A DNA stretch of 50,399 nucleotides from Terrimicrobiaceae bacterium (lineage in GTDB: Bacteria; Verrucomicrobiota; Verrucomicrobiia; Chthoniobacterales; Terrimicrobiaceae): the NCBI GenBank assembly GCA_044342325.1, contig JBIIPZ010000021.1, positions 1 to 50,399 on the forward strand, in the 5' to 3' direction. Both the position numbers and the translations under genes were made by a program. Every line of letters starts with the position of its first letter. Positions within the stretch are counted from its first letter, which is position 1. This document shows positions 35,964 through 45,639 of the stretch, one piece after another. Under the pieces are notes generated by a model. The model saw nothing but the letters and a program-made list of their open reading frames with translations, did not search any database and was not told the DNA's origin.

Positions 35964-37075
35964 ACCGCGCTGAGAATCGCTTCGTCCCAATCTTTCCAGA
36001 CGGGTTCGAGTCCCATGCGATGAAGGACGCTTTGGATTGTGCGGGGATCCCGGTCGTCGGAGATTGAGAATTGTTCCGTTGCCGCTTCGGCTCCGCTATC
36101 GGGCACAATTTTTCCCTTCACGGTGAGATGAAGTGAGTCGCGGCCTTGGCCTGTGTAGCCGCCGGGTTCGGTATGGCTGCCGGCACTCATCATGGTGACG
36201 CCGAGTGGCGCGATGAGGTCGCGGAGGGGAGCCGGTTCGCGCGTGCTCAAGACAATGCCAATCGCTGGAAATGTGACACGCAGGGCGCAGAGGAGTTGAA
36301 TAAACTCGCGGTCGGGGAGGGGATGCGTCGGCTCGAATTCTCCGGCGGCGGGGCGAAGTCGAGGCATGCTAACGGTGAGTTGGGCCTTCCAGCATACGCG
36401 TTGGAGGTATTCCAGATGTGCGGCAAGCGCCACTGCCTCGTAGCGCCAATCGGCCAGTCCAAAAAGCGCTCCCACACCGAGGCGGCGGAATCCCGCATCG
36501 TATCCCCGCTCGGGGCAATCCAGTCGCCAATCGAAATCCTTTTTCGGTCCAGCGAGGTGAACTTTTGGATAAGTTTCGCGGTGGTATGTCTCTTGATAAA
36601 CCACGAGTCCCTCGGCACCGGCTCGGACGATCGGCAGGTAATCGGCGGTCTTCATCGGTGCGACCTCGATTGAAAGGGCGGGAACCAGCGGACGCAGGCG
36701 CGCCACACACATTTCAAGATAAGGGCCTGAGACAAATTTCGGATGCTCGCCCGCAACGAGTAGGATGTTGCGAAAGCCCTCCTCGGTGAGGTGCCGAGCT
36801 TCAGCGGCGACCTGATCGATTTCGAGGGTCACACGCTGGATGGCATTCTCGCGGGAAAATCCACAGTAGGCGCAGGAGTTGATGCATTCGTTCGAGAGGT
36901 AGAGGGGAGCGAAGAGCCTCATTGTCCGGCCGAAGTGCCTTCGCGTAACCGCTGCGGAACGCCCAGCGAGGGACTCAAGCGCGGCATCGCTCATCGGCTC
37001 CAGCAGGGATTCAAATGCCCGCAGGGTGGGCGATTTGCTGGTGATAGCTTGATTGAAAAAATTGGAAAAACCCAT
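35960..37075 (-). CDS. thiH: 2-iminoacetate synthase (radical SAM)
   Basis: FAPLYLSNECINSCAYCGF, YQETY, PRLRP, SAGS.TEPGGY and QFSISD.R motifs. Confidence 0.93.
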   Translation of the reverse strand: MGFSNFFNQAITSKSPTLRAFESLLEPMSDAALESLAGRSAAVTRRHFGRTMRLFAPLYLSNECINSCAYCGFSRENAIQRVTLEIDQVAAEARHLTEEGFRNILLVAGEHPKFVSGPYLEMCVARLRPLVPALSIEVAPMKTADYLPIVRAGAEGLVVYQETYHRETYPKVHLAGPKKDFDWRLDCPERGYDAGFRRLGVGALFGLADWRYEAVALAAHLEYLQRVCWKAQLTVSMPRLRPAAGEFEPTHPLPDREFIQLLCALRVTFPAIGIVLSTREPAPLRDLIAPLGVTMMSAGSHTEPGGYTGQGRDSLHLTVKGKIVPDSGAEAATEQFSISDDRDPRTIQSVLHRMGLEPVWKDWDEAILSAV

Positions 37076-37217
37076 TCGGTGGTTTGGCGAAGACCTCTTC
37101 ATTAATCAACGAAACGCCGCCCGCCGCAAGCGGCGAGTTCCTGCATGCGAGATCAAGCGCGACCTACGCACATGGCCGCACTTGTTTTTCAAAAATCCGT
37201 GTCTAATTTTTTTATCT

Positions 37218-37724
37218 ATGAAATTCCAATCCATGCCGGTTCGTTTGCTTTGTCTGCCCGTTGCAGCATCCCTCGCGCTGAGCGGTTGCTCGAATCTCAC
37301 GCCCGGTGAGAACGCCGCCGTTGCAGGCGTGGCCACGGGTCTTGCGGTTGGGCTCCCGCTTGCGCTCACAGGCGTGAATCCCGCCGTGACCATCCCTGTC
37401 ACAGCCGGAGCCGCACTTGCAGCCGGTGGCGGTGCTTATTTGATTTCTCGAAACCAAGCGACCAAGCGTCAGCGCCAAGTCGCTGAGGACCGCGCGAGGG
37501 ACTATGTGGCACGCACTGGCGAGTATTCCAAAAAATCCGTCCGCTTCATTGCCGTTCGCACCGAGGATTTCCGCACCCAAGGCAAGGCGCAGGTCATGGT
37601 CTATGACATTCACAGCGGCACAATCGTCAGCGACACCGTTTACGACATGCGCTCGGTGCCGCCGGTCGGTGAGATGGGGGATTTCGGCGGCTATCGCGCC
37701 CGCTACATCGGCACCGGCAGTTGA
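37218..37724 (+). CDS. Hypothetical lipoprotein
   Basis: Lipobox LSGC and a Gly/Ala-rich hydrophobic segment. Confidence 0.65.
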   Translation: MKFQSMPVRLLCLPVAASLALSGCSNLTPGENAAVAGVATGLAVGLPLALTGVNPAVTIPVTAGAALAAGGGAYLISRNQATKRQRQVAEDRARDYVARTGEYSKKSVRFIAVRTEDFRTQGKAQVMVYDIHSGTIVSDTVYDMRSVPPVGEMGDFGGYRARYIGTGS

Positions 37725-37764
37725 TTTTTGAAATCAGATGCCGGACACGGGTGGGCGGATTCTT

Positions 37765-38250
37765 TTATTCTTCCTCTTTTTCCGTCCCGCCTTCAGCGCC
37801 CTCTCCGCCTTCACCCTGCTGGAGGCGCTCGAGGAGGGGGGTCATATCCTCAACCTCATCCCAGACAACTCCGCTTACATAGATCGGTGACTTCTGCAGT
37901 GCGGCCATGGCCATGCAATCACTGGATCGGGCGTCGAGTTCGATGATCTTGCGCTGCTGGAGTTCGTTCTCTGCTGTGATGATTAAGCGGCCGTAATAGA
38001 TGCCATTTCGGAAGTCATTGATGGCGACGCGCTCGACCTTGGCGCCGAGCGAGGTGAGGACATTGGCCAGAAGATCGTGCGTGAGCGGGCGTTCCTTTTC
38101 GGCGCTGTTCAGATAAAGGCTGATCGCTGCACCGATCGCTTGGTCGATGTAGATAGTGAAGACCTTTTCATCATTTCCCAGAAACACGGCGGTTCCCGCA
38201 TTTGTGGGAATGAGCGCACGGATCTGCACCGGAATAGCGGACTTGTTCAC
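37765..38250 (-). CDS. Bifunctional nuclease family protein (DUF151)
   Basis: RPLTHDLL and IDARPSD-like LDARSSD motifs. Confidence 0.85.
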   Translation of the reverse strand: MNKSAIPVQIRALIPTNAGTAVFLGNDEKVFTIYIDQAIGAAISLYLNSAEKERPLTHDLLANVLTSLGAKVERVAINDFRNGIYYGRLIITAENELQQRKIIELDARSSDCMAMAALQKSPIYVSGVVWDEVEDMTPLLERLQQGEGGEGAEGGTEKEEE

Positions 38251-38296
38251 GAGGGGAAACTAACATCCGCCCGCTCTGGCGCAAGCGGCGGGATGC

Positions 38297-38722
38297 TTAG
38301 GTGTTCTTCCCAATGCGGGCCAGGAAAACGATAGCTGCCGCCGCGCCGAGCAGAACGATGTCGCGCCCGATCGCGAGGAGCATTTTCCAAGCTGACGGGG
38401 AATCATCCGCTCCGAAGCAATCGCAGCTTACAATAATGCCGTTCCACAAAGCCCAGGAGAGAAGGGCGATGAAAAGGAGACACAACGCTCCGATCAATGC
38501 GGCCCCGAGAGGAAAAATGCGCGGCAGAAGCAGTAGAAATGCAGCCACGATTTCCGTCCAAGCCAGCGCCAAGGCGAGAGGCATCGTCCACTGCGGGGGA
38601 ACAAATGTGAACGGCAGTAGTGCCATGGCAAACTCCTGGCTCGCGCCTGCTTTCACCGCGCCAGCATAGAAAAACACTGCCGCAAGCGCGATGCGGAGGA
38701 GTAGCAACACAGCCGATTTCAC
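38297..38722 (-). CDS. MauE/DoxX-family membrane protein
   Basis: LRIALAAVFFYAGAVK, four hydrophobic segments and CDCFG. Start inferred at the GTG overlapping the folP stop. Confidence 0.75.
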   Translation of the reverse strand: MKSAVLLLLRIALAAVFFYAGAVKAGASQEFAMALLPFTFVPPQWTMPLALALAWTEIVAAFLLLLPRIFPLGAALIGALCLLFIALLSWALWNGIIVSCDCFGADDSPSAWKMLLAIGRDIVLLGAAAAIVFLARIGKNT

Positions 38723-39636
38723 CGCAGAGCCTCCACTGCGCGAACTCCGAACCATGCCGCTGAGACATTGTGCACGCGGAATATCGCCGCTCCACGAAGA
38801 GCGCCTGCCACGATGCAGGCCATCGTGCCCGCATCGCGGTCGGTAGGTCTTTCGATTCCCAGCACACGCCCGATGACGCTCTTGCGGGAGACGGGCAAAA
38901 GCACCGGGAATCCCTGCGAGGTCAGCCTGCCGAGTTCGCGGAAGATGCGAAGGTTATCATCCACCTGCTTCGCAAAATCTATGCCGGGATCCAGAATCAG
39001 GCTCTCACGCGATATGCCAGCCTCGATGGCTAAGGCAGTCTTCTCTTCAAAAAACTCCAGTAACTCGGCCATGACATCCGGGTAGGTCACATGCGTGTGC
39101 CGCACCTTGGGCTCGCCGCGCGAGTGCATGATCAAAAGCGCGGCGCCAATCTTTGCGCAGAGCCGCGCATTCGTTGGGTCGGGGAGGGCGCTCATGTCGT
39201 TCAGAATATCGAAGCCTGCCTCCAAAGACCCCTCGACAACGCCGGGACGCCAGGTGTTCAGCGAGAGCAGTGGTGGAAAAAGTTGATCCGCATCGCGTGG
39301 AACCGCTGTTTTCATGGCGCTTTGGAAATTCTCCAGAAACGGCCTGACACGCTGAAGTTCCTCCTCCTCGCTGATTGCCTCGCGGTTCGTTCGGGCGCTT
39401 TCGCCGCCTACATCGATGATGTCTGCACCTTCGGCGACCATTTCCAAGGAGCGTGTGAGCGCCCACTCGGTATCGATTTTCCCATCCGAAGAAAAAGAAT
39501 CGTCGTTGATGTTCAGGATTCCCATAACCAGCGGCCTCCGCTGCAGGTTTACGGTCCGTCCGCGAGTCCTCAAGAGTCCCTGTGGGTGGATGTTCTCCTT
39601 GTCTCGACCGGCATTCTTCGTCAGTTTGGAATCCAT
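38719..39636 (-). CDS. folP: Dihydropteroate synthase
   Basis: MGILN...DSFS, IIDVGGES, LDPGIDFAK, SRKS and RVHNV. Start uncertain. Confidence 0.9.
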   Translation of the reverse strand: MDSKLTKNAGRDKENIHPQGLLRTRGRTVNLQRRPLVMGILNINDDSFSSDGKIDTEWALTRSLEMVAEGADIIDVGGESARTNREAISEEEELQRVRPFLENFQSAMKTAVPRDADQLFPPLLSLNTWRPGVVEGSLEAGFDILNDMSALPDPTNARLCAKIGAALLIMHSRGEPKVRHTHVTYPDVMAELLEFFEEKTALAIEAGISRESLILDPGIDFAKQVDDNLRIFRELGRLTSQGFPVLLPVSRKSVIGRVLGIERPTDRDAGTMACIVAGALRGAAIFRVHNVSAAWFGVRAVEALR

Positions 39637-39646
39637 CGCAGCGGGT

Positions 39647-40690
39647 ATGAGGTTCATTGAATCAATTTTTGAGAAAGTCAGGAGACATCCCAAGCGGGTT
39701 GTTTTTCCGGACGGCGAGTTGCCCCGTGTGATAAAGGCGGCAGAGCTTTTTTACCAGAGTCAACTCGGCATACCGATCCTTCTCGGACGCCGTGAAGTCA
39801 TCACGGAAATCGCCCAGCGCGAATCCATCAGCTTGGACCATGTGGCGATCATCAATCCTGAGAAATCCTCTGAGCTTCCGATCTTCTGCCGGAGGTTTGA
39901 AAGGATCGGGCGCTACCGCAAGGTCGAGTTGACGGACAGCCGCGCAGTCATGGTGCGGCCGAACTATTTTGCAGCCATGATGGTCCAATACGGTTTGGCG
40001 GATGCCATTGTTGGAGGAGCCAGCGCCTCGGGCGGGGCTCTGCTGCGGCCGATGCTGCATCTGGTCAAGCCGCTGCCGTTCGCGGATGTGATCTCATCCT
40101 GCACGATTGTCGAACTCCATAACCGTCCTTACGGCGAAGATGGTGTTCTGTTTTTCGCCGACACCGGCGTGGTGCCGGATCCTACGATGGCGCAACTCGC
40201 GACCATCACCGTGCAGGCCGGGTTGCTGGCGCGGCAGGTCTTCGGCCACCGCCCGCGCATTGCTCTTCTGAGCTTTTCCACAAAAGGCAGCGCCCGCACG
40301 GCATCCACAGAAAAAGTCTCCGGAGCGGTGGAACTAGCCCGTCACATCGCAGAAAAATCCGGTGCGGATATGACGATTGATGGCGAGATGCAGGCCGATG
40401 CTGCCCTTGAGCCCTCATTTTCGGATATCAAGCTCGGCGAGAGCCATGTCGGAGGGAAGGCAAACGTCCTTATTTTTCCCGACCTCAACAGCGGGAATAT
40501 CGCTGTCAAACTCACCCGCCTTTTTGCGGACTCCAACACCTACGGGCAGATCCTCATGGGATTCACGCGCCCAGCCGCCGATCTTCCACGGGGAGCCTCG
40601 GCTGAGGATATCCTCCGCATGGCTGCGATAGTCGCTCTGCAAGCCATCGAATACCGCAAACTTTATCCTCCCGACGAAGACGCGGAGTGA
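39647..40690 (+). CDS. pta: Phosphate acetyltransferase (catalytic PTA_PTB domain)
   Basis: RVVFPDG, ALLSFSTKGSA, DGEMQADAA and ANVLIFPDLNSGNI..K. Confidence 0.85.
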   Translation: MRFIESIFEKVRRHPKRVVFPDGELPRVIKAAELFYQSQLGIPILLGRREVITEIAQRESISLDHVAIINPEKSSELPIFCRRFERIGRYRKVELTDSRAVMVRPNYFAAMMVQYGLADAIVGGASASGGALLRPMLHLVKPLPFADVISSCTIVELHNRPYGEDGVLFFADTGVVPDPTMAQLATITVQAGLLARQVFGHRPRIALLSFSTKGSARTASTEKVSGAVELARHIAEKSGADMTIDGEMQADAALEPSFSDIKLGESHVGGKANVLIFPDLNSGNIAVKLTRLFADSNTYGQILMGFTRPAADLPRGASAEDILRMAAIVALQAIEYRKLYPPDEDAE

Positions 40691-40694
40691 GACT

Positions 40695-41801
40695 TTGAAC
40701 ACCGTCACGCCGCGCCTTTTCATTGCTGCAACAGAGCAGGACACAGGGAAAACGACGACATCCCTTGGCCTCTATGCCGCTTTGAGGCAGCAGTTCCCGC
40801 GCATTGGCTACATCAAACCTGTGGGACAGCGTTTCACGGAGGTCGATGGACGCCGCGTCGACGAGGACAGTCTCCTCATGAAGGCTGTGTATAAAACCCT
40901 CGTGCCCATCGAGGATATGAGCCCGATTACGGTCGAGCCGGATTTTACCCGCCGATACATCAATGAGGCGAACCACGACACACTCGTGAAGCGGATCCGG
41001 CATTCATTTGATCGGGCCAGTTGGGAAAAGGACTTTGCCATCATCGAGGGCAGTGGTCATGCCGGCGTGGGGTCTGTATTCGATCTCTCCAACGCCACTG
41101 TGGCGCGAATTCTTGGAAGTAAAGTTTTGCTTGTTGTGCCAGGTGGAATCGGACTGCCGATAGATGAAGGAGCTCTCAACAAAGCCCTCTTCGACCGTGA
41201 AGGGGTGGAGGTTGTCGGCGTGGTGATGAACAAGGTTCGGGCTGAAAAAATGGAGCAGACTGCCGATTTTGCCCGCCGTGGGTTTGCTCGCCTCGGGTTG
41301 GAATTGCTTGGCGTTATGCCCGAGCAAAAAAATCTCGCCGATCCGTCACTCCAGCAAATCGCAGACACGATTCGTGGCACCTTTTACTGCAATGCTCGCT
41401 TCGCCCGCAATCATGCGTCGGATGTCGTGATGGGGGCTGTCAGTGCGGTCAATATCCGCCGCAAGCTTTCGCATGGCACGCTGTTGATTGTGCCCGGCGA
41501 CCGCGAGGACATCGTTCTCGCAGCCATCTCGGAGTCCTCTGAGTTCAGTGAGCGAAGGCTTAGCGGGCTTGTTCTCTCGGATGATCTCAAACCGCACCGC
41601 TCGCTATTGGAAATGCTGCAACAAACCAATCTTCCGGTCGTTTTTTCGTCGATGGATAGCTACTCCATCGCCCAGCGTATTTTCTCTCTCACGATTAAGA
41701 TTCAGCCGGACGACACCCAGAAAATCGAGAGTATTCAAGATCTCGTGGCCCGCCACATCGACATTCCCCGCTTGCTTGAAAAAATCGGAGTCTCCGCCTG
41801 A
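40695..41801 (+). CDS. BioD-like AAA + DRTGG protein (standalone Pta N-terminal region)
   Basis: TEQDTGKTT, GYIKPVGQ, IEGSGH and PGDREDI motifs. Confidence 0.8.
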   Translation: MNTVTPRLFIAATEQDTGKTTTSLGLYAALRQQFPRIGYIKPVGQRFTEVDGRRVDEDSLLMKAVYKTLVPIEDMSPITVEPDFTRRYINEANHDTLVKRIRHSFDRASWEKDFAIIEGSGHAGVGSVFDLSNATVARILGSKVLLVVPGGIGLPIDEGALNKALFDREGVEVVGVVMNKVRAEKMEQTADFARRGFARLGLELLGVMPEQKNLADPSLQQIADTIRGTFYCNARFARNHASDVVMGAVSAVNIRRKLSHGTLLIVPGDREDIVLAAISESSEFSERRLSGLVLSDDLKPHRSLLEMLQQTNLPVVFSSMDSYSIAQRIFSLTIKIQPDDTQKIESIQDLVARHIDIPRLLEKIGVSA

Positions 41802-41804
41802 GTA

Positions 41805-42986
41805 TCAAACCTCCCGTGACACGGCGGCTTGCAGTTTTTTTATGCCTGCCAAGGCCTCCTCAACCGTCCCAGCCATGAGGCACACATGCCCCATTTTTCG
41901 GCCTGGGCGCGCTTCGGATTTTCCGTAGAGGTGGAGCTTGGCGCGAGGGTCGCTGAGCACGGCGCTCCAGTCTGGCGTGCCGTTTTTCCAAAGATCTCCC
42001 AGTATGTTCCACATCACGACAGGCCTCAGAAGCTCAGGAGATCCGAGTGGAAGCCCGCATACAGCGCGGAGTTGTTGCTCAAACTGGCTCGTCACGCAGG
42101 CGTCGAAGGTGAAGTGTCCCGAATTGTGCGGTCGCGGGGCGAGTTCATTGACCAAAAGTTCGCCGTTGGATGTCAGGAAAAACTCCACCGCCAGCAGGCC
42201 GACGACATCGAGTTTGCGAGTAATTTCGGAAGCGAGTTCCTCTGCCTTTTTCAGAATCGGTGCGGCAAAACGCGCTGGCACGATCGAGAGGTCGAGAATG
42301 TGGTTGGTGTGGATGTTTTCCGAGGCTGGAAATGCGGCGATCGTTCCATCCAATCCCCGCGCGCAGACCACTGAAAGCTCGGCCTCGAAGGGAATCCACT
42401 TTTCCAAAACCCCGCGCGGCGCTCCAAACTGTCTCCACACTTCGTCGGTATCGATTTCGCCGGTGAGTTTGATTTGTCCCTTGCCGTCATAACCGAAGTC
42501 AGCCGTTTTAAGCACGGCTGGCGTGCCGATTTCCGCCAGCGCTGCACGCAAGGCCTCGCCGGAATCCACCACGCGGAAGGGAGCGCAGGGGAAGCCGTTT
42601 GCTTGAAGAAAGGTTTTCTCCCGTTCGCGATTTTGGCAGATGTGCAGCACCTCGCCGCGTGGCCTCACAGGGCGAAGCTCGGCCACAGCCTCCACGGCCG
42701 AACGGGGAATGTTTTCAAATTCGAAGGAAATGACATCCACTCCCTCCGCAAAGGCTTTTAAGGCCGCTGCGTCGGTATAGGGCGCATTAACCTCAAGATC
42801 GCAAATCTGGCCCGCCGGGCAGTCCGGTTGCGGTTCGTAGGCGTGCACCCTGTAGCCCATGCGTCGCGCGGCGATGGCCAGCATGCGGCCGAGTTGCCCG
42901 CCCCCGAGTATGCCCACGACGCCTCCCGGTTGGATGGATTTGGTTTCCGTCAGCGTGGGATTCCCGTTAGATAAAGTGTCCGTCAT
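41805..42986 (-). CDS. purK: N5-carboxyaminoimidazole ribonucleotide synthase
   Basis: GILGGGQLGRM, GYDGKGQ, NELAPRPHNSGH and HLYGK...RPGRKMGH. Start uncertain. Confidence 0.95.
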   Translation of the reverse strand: MTDTLSNGNPTLTETKSIQPGGVVGILGGGQLGRMLAIAARRMGYRVHAYEPQPDCPAGQICDLEVNAPYTDAAALKAFAEGVDVISFEFENIPRSAVEAVAELRPVRPRGEVLHICQNREREKTFLQANGFPCAPFRVVDSGEALRAALAEIGTPAVLKTADFGYDGKGQIKLTGEIDTDEVWRQFGAPRGVLEKWIPFEAELSVVCARGLDGTIAAFPASENIHTNHILDLSIVPARFAAPILKKAEELASEITRKLDVVGLLAVEFFLTSNGELLVNELAPRPHNSGHFTFDACVTSQFEQQLRAVCGLPLGSPELLRPVVMWNILGDLWKNGTPDWSAVLSDPRAKLHLYGKSEARPGRKMGHVCLMAGTVEEALAGIKKLQAAVSREV

Positions 42987-44895
42987 GGCAGATCGTCTGG
43001 TTTACATTTTTGCATTGCTCGCACTCGGCTTTATCCGACTCCTGCCGCTCTCCGTATGTTTCGTTTTGGGACAAGCAGTGGGCGCATTGCTCTGGCTCAT
43101 CCTGCCCGGCTACCGCCGCCTCGCAAGGGAAAATCTCAGCGTCGCATTCGGCGAGGAAATGTCCCCGGTAGCCATCCGTGCGCTCACCTTCAAACATTTC
43201 ACCACTCTGGGAGCCAATGTCGCGAGCGCCATAAAAATCCCAACTCTCTCTCAGAAGGACATCGAGCGTATTGCTCAAATCGAAAATCTCGACGCTATCC
43301 GGCAAAACATCGCCAAGGGTCGCCCCGTGCTCCTTGCCATCAATCACATCGGCAATTGGGAGCTCTACGCCCAGCTGGTTTTTCAAGTTCCCGAGGCGCA
43401 TTTTGGAACGGTCTATCAAGCCCTTCACAACAAACTGGTCGATGATCTCGTGAATCGTGACCGCCGCAGGTTGGGGGTTCAGACATTCGATCGCAAGGCC
43501 GGCTTCCAAGGGGCACTGGCTTTGTTGCGTGAGCCGGGAATTCTAGGAGTTCTCGTTGATCAACACGCCGGAAACAGCGGTGTCTGGACGCCATTTTTCA
43601 ACCGCCTTTGCTCGACATCTCCACTCTCGGCCACTCTGGCAATCCGCACGAATGCCGCCGTGATACCAGCCGCCATCTACACAACCGGTTTCGCCCGCTG
43701 GCGCGTAGTGCTCAGTCCCGAAGTCCCATGGTCAGCTGAAAACCCCGAGCAGTTGACCTTGGACATCAACAAAGCCCTCGAAAAACAAATCCGCGTCTCG
43801 CCTGCCGACTGGTTCTGGGTTCACAACCGCTGGAAGACCCCGCTGCCGAATTTCCTCATCAATGAAGCCAAACGGGGTATCTACTTGCCTCCCAACGAAC
43901 CCGACCCCGCACCCTTCCGCATCGTCGTTCGTTCCCCAAACTGGCTCGGCGACGCCGTCATGTCCATTCCCGCAGTGCGATCCTTCAAGCTCGGCCGCCC
44001 CGATGCCCGCGTGGCCGTCCTGTGTCCGCAAAAGCTCGCAGGCCTCTGGCAGAGGGTGGGGGATGTGGACGAAGTGATCGGTATCGAGCCTGGCGAGTCG
44101 ATTTTTGCCACCGCAGAAAAACTGCGAGGCCAGTTTGAAGCCGCCGTCCTACTTCCGAATTCGCTGCGCTCCGCACTCGAGGTCTGGCTCGCTGGCATTC
44201 GGCGCCGCGTTGGCTATGCAGGACACTCGCGCGCTGCATTCCTCGACCAAGTTATAATTCCCCGCAAAAAATCCGCTCCGCTCCACCACGCCGACCGCTA
44301 CTGGCACATCGCCGCCCGTTGCGGAGCGGATGCCATGCCCGCTGCTATTTCTCTCTGGAAATCGAGTGGCAAGGACCGCGTCATCGGCATCTGCCCCGGT
44401 GCGGAATATGGTTCTGCCAAGCGCTGGCCTGCCTACAAGTTCCGCATGCTCATCCAGCAGGTAAACGAACAGTTCGATTGCAACTGGGTCATCCTCGGCA
44501 CGGCGGCGGATTCGAAAATCGCACGCGAGATCTCAAACGGCCTCCCAAATGTCACGGACCTCACAGGAAAAACCACACTCGGTGAGTTGATGGATCTGCT
44601 CTCCAAACTCAGCGGCCTCCTGACCAATGATACCGGCACCATGCACCTCGCCGACTTCATCGGCACACCCCTCGTCGCCATTTTCGGCTCCACCGAACCC
44701 ATCCTCACCGGCCCCCGCAGCCCACGCAGCAAAGTCATTCGACAAAAAGTGGAATGCAGCCCCTGCTTCCTCCGCGAATGCCCCATCGACTTCCGCTGCA
44801 TGGAGGAAATCCCCATGGAAAAAGTCATCGCCGCCGTCCTCGGCTTTTTCAGGCCGGGAGGTGAAGAAGCCTGCCGCATTGGGGGCAGGAAATAA
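42985..44895 (+). CDS. Fused lipid A late acyltransferase (LpxL-like) + heptosyltransferase II (WaaF, GT9)
   Basis: N-half has HIGNWE, LVDQ and WFWVHNRWK. C-half has RSPNWLGDAVM, CPGAEYGSAKRWP, TNDTG.MH and CSPCF.RECP. Confidence 0.85.
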   Translation: MADRLVYIFALLALGFIRLLPLSVCFVLGQAVGALLWLILPGYRRLARENLSVAFGEEMSPVAIRALTFKHFTTLGANVASAIKIPTLSQKDIERIAQIENLDAIRQNIAKGRPVLLAINHIGNWELYAQLVFQVPEAHFGTVYQALHNKLVDDLVNRDRRRLGVQTFDRKAGFQGALALLREPGILGVLVDQHAGNSGVWTPFFNRLCSTSPLSATLAIRTNAAVIPAAIYTTGFARWRVVLSPEVPWSAENPEQLTLDINKALEKQIRVSPADWFWVHNRWKTPLPNFLINEAKRGIYLPPNEPDPAPFRIVVRSPNWLGDAVMSIPAVRSFKLGRPDARVAVLCPQKLAGLWQRVGDVDEVIGIEPGESIFATAEKLRGQFEAAVLLPNSLRSALEVWLAGIRRRVGYAGHSRAAFLDQVIIPRKKSAPLHHADRYWHIAARCGADAMPAAISLWKSSGKDRVIGICPGAEYGSAKRWPAYKFRMLIQQVNEQFDCNWVILGTAADSKIAREISNGLPNVTDLTGKTTLGELMDLLSKLSGLLTNDTGTMHLADFIGTPLVAIFGSTEPILTGPRSPRSKVIRQKVECSPCFLRECPIDFRCMEEIPMEKVIAAVLGFFRPGGEEACRIGGRK

Positions 44896-45553
44896 CGGAT
44901 TTGTCGGAACGCAGGGCCAGACTGGTCTGGGCGGTGATCTTCATGTGGCATCCGGTGCACACATCGTGCTCAACGGAAACGACGGCGCGTGCATTTTTAG
45001 TTTCGAATAGACGCTCGTAGCGCTCGAGAAGTTCCTCATCGATTCCCTCGAGAGCGGCGGCACGGCTCTGCTGGACTTCCTCGATGCGCTTTTTTAAGTT
45101 TCCTTCCTTCTCGCGAAGAAGGCCGATCTGGCCCTCCATGCGTGCTTTTTCGTCGGCGTGGATTTTATCCGCTGCGGCGATTTCAGGTGCCAGGCTGTCG
45201 GCCTCTTCCATGAGGGTGAGCTCCTTGTCTTCGATTCCTGAAATGATCTTCTCAGCGTTCGAGATTTCGTGAGACAGGGCGGTGTATTCCTCGTTTTTGC
45301 GCGTTTGAAGTTGCTGTGTTTTGTAGCGGTTGATTTGGTCCCGCTTGGCAGCAGCATCAATCTGGAGAGATTTTTTTTCGACTTCCATGGCCTTGGCTCG
45401 TGTGCGTGCGAGTTCCAGTCTGGCGGCGGAGTCTGCGATGAGTTTTTGTTTCGATGCGACCTCGTTGGGCACGGCCTGAAGTTCGAGTCGGAGGGTGCGG
45501 AGCTTTTGGTCCCGGTCTTGGAGGGCGAGAAGTTTTTCGATTTCTTCGAGCAT
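44849..45553 (-). CDS. Coiled-coil + C4 zinc-ribbon protein (DUF164/CT398-like)
   Basis: LL.LQ..D start, long coiled coil and C-terminal CTGCH...CPQCGRLL. Confidence 0.85.
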   Translation of the reverse strand: MLEEIEKLLALQDRDQKLRTLRLELQAVPNEVASKQKLIADSAARLELARTRAKAMEVEKKSLQIDAAAKRDQINRYKTQQLQTRKNEEYTALSHEISNAEKIISGIEDKELTLMEEADSLAPEIAAADKIHADEKARMEGQIGLLREKEGNLKKRIEEVQQSRAAALEGIDEELLERYERLFETKNARAVVSVEHDVCTGCHMKITAQTSLALRSDKSVISCPQCGRLLHLPA

Positions 45554-45639
45554 TTGCGGAGCATGGTGTGCTCGTGCGAAATTATCCAGCAATCAAAAGG
45601 ATTTCTTCGAGACTCAGAAGCTGGCAGGGTTTTCGCAAC

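Noticed and set aside
37076..37217. TPP riboswitch upstream of thiH
   Set aside because: The conserved GCTGAGA and CCTGA...GTAGGGA-type elements were not found on the minus strand.
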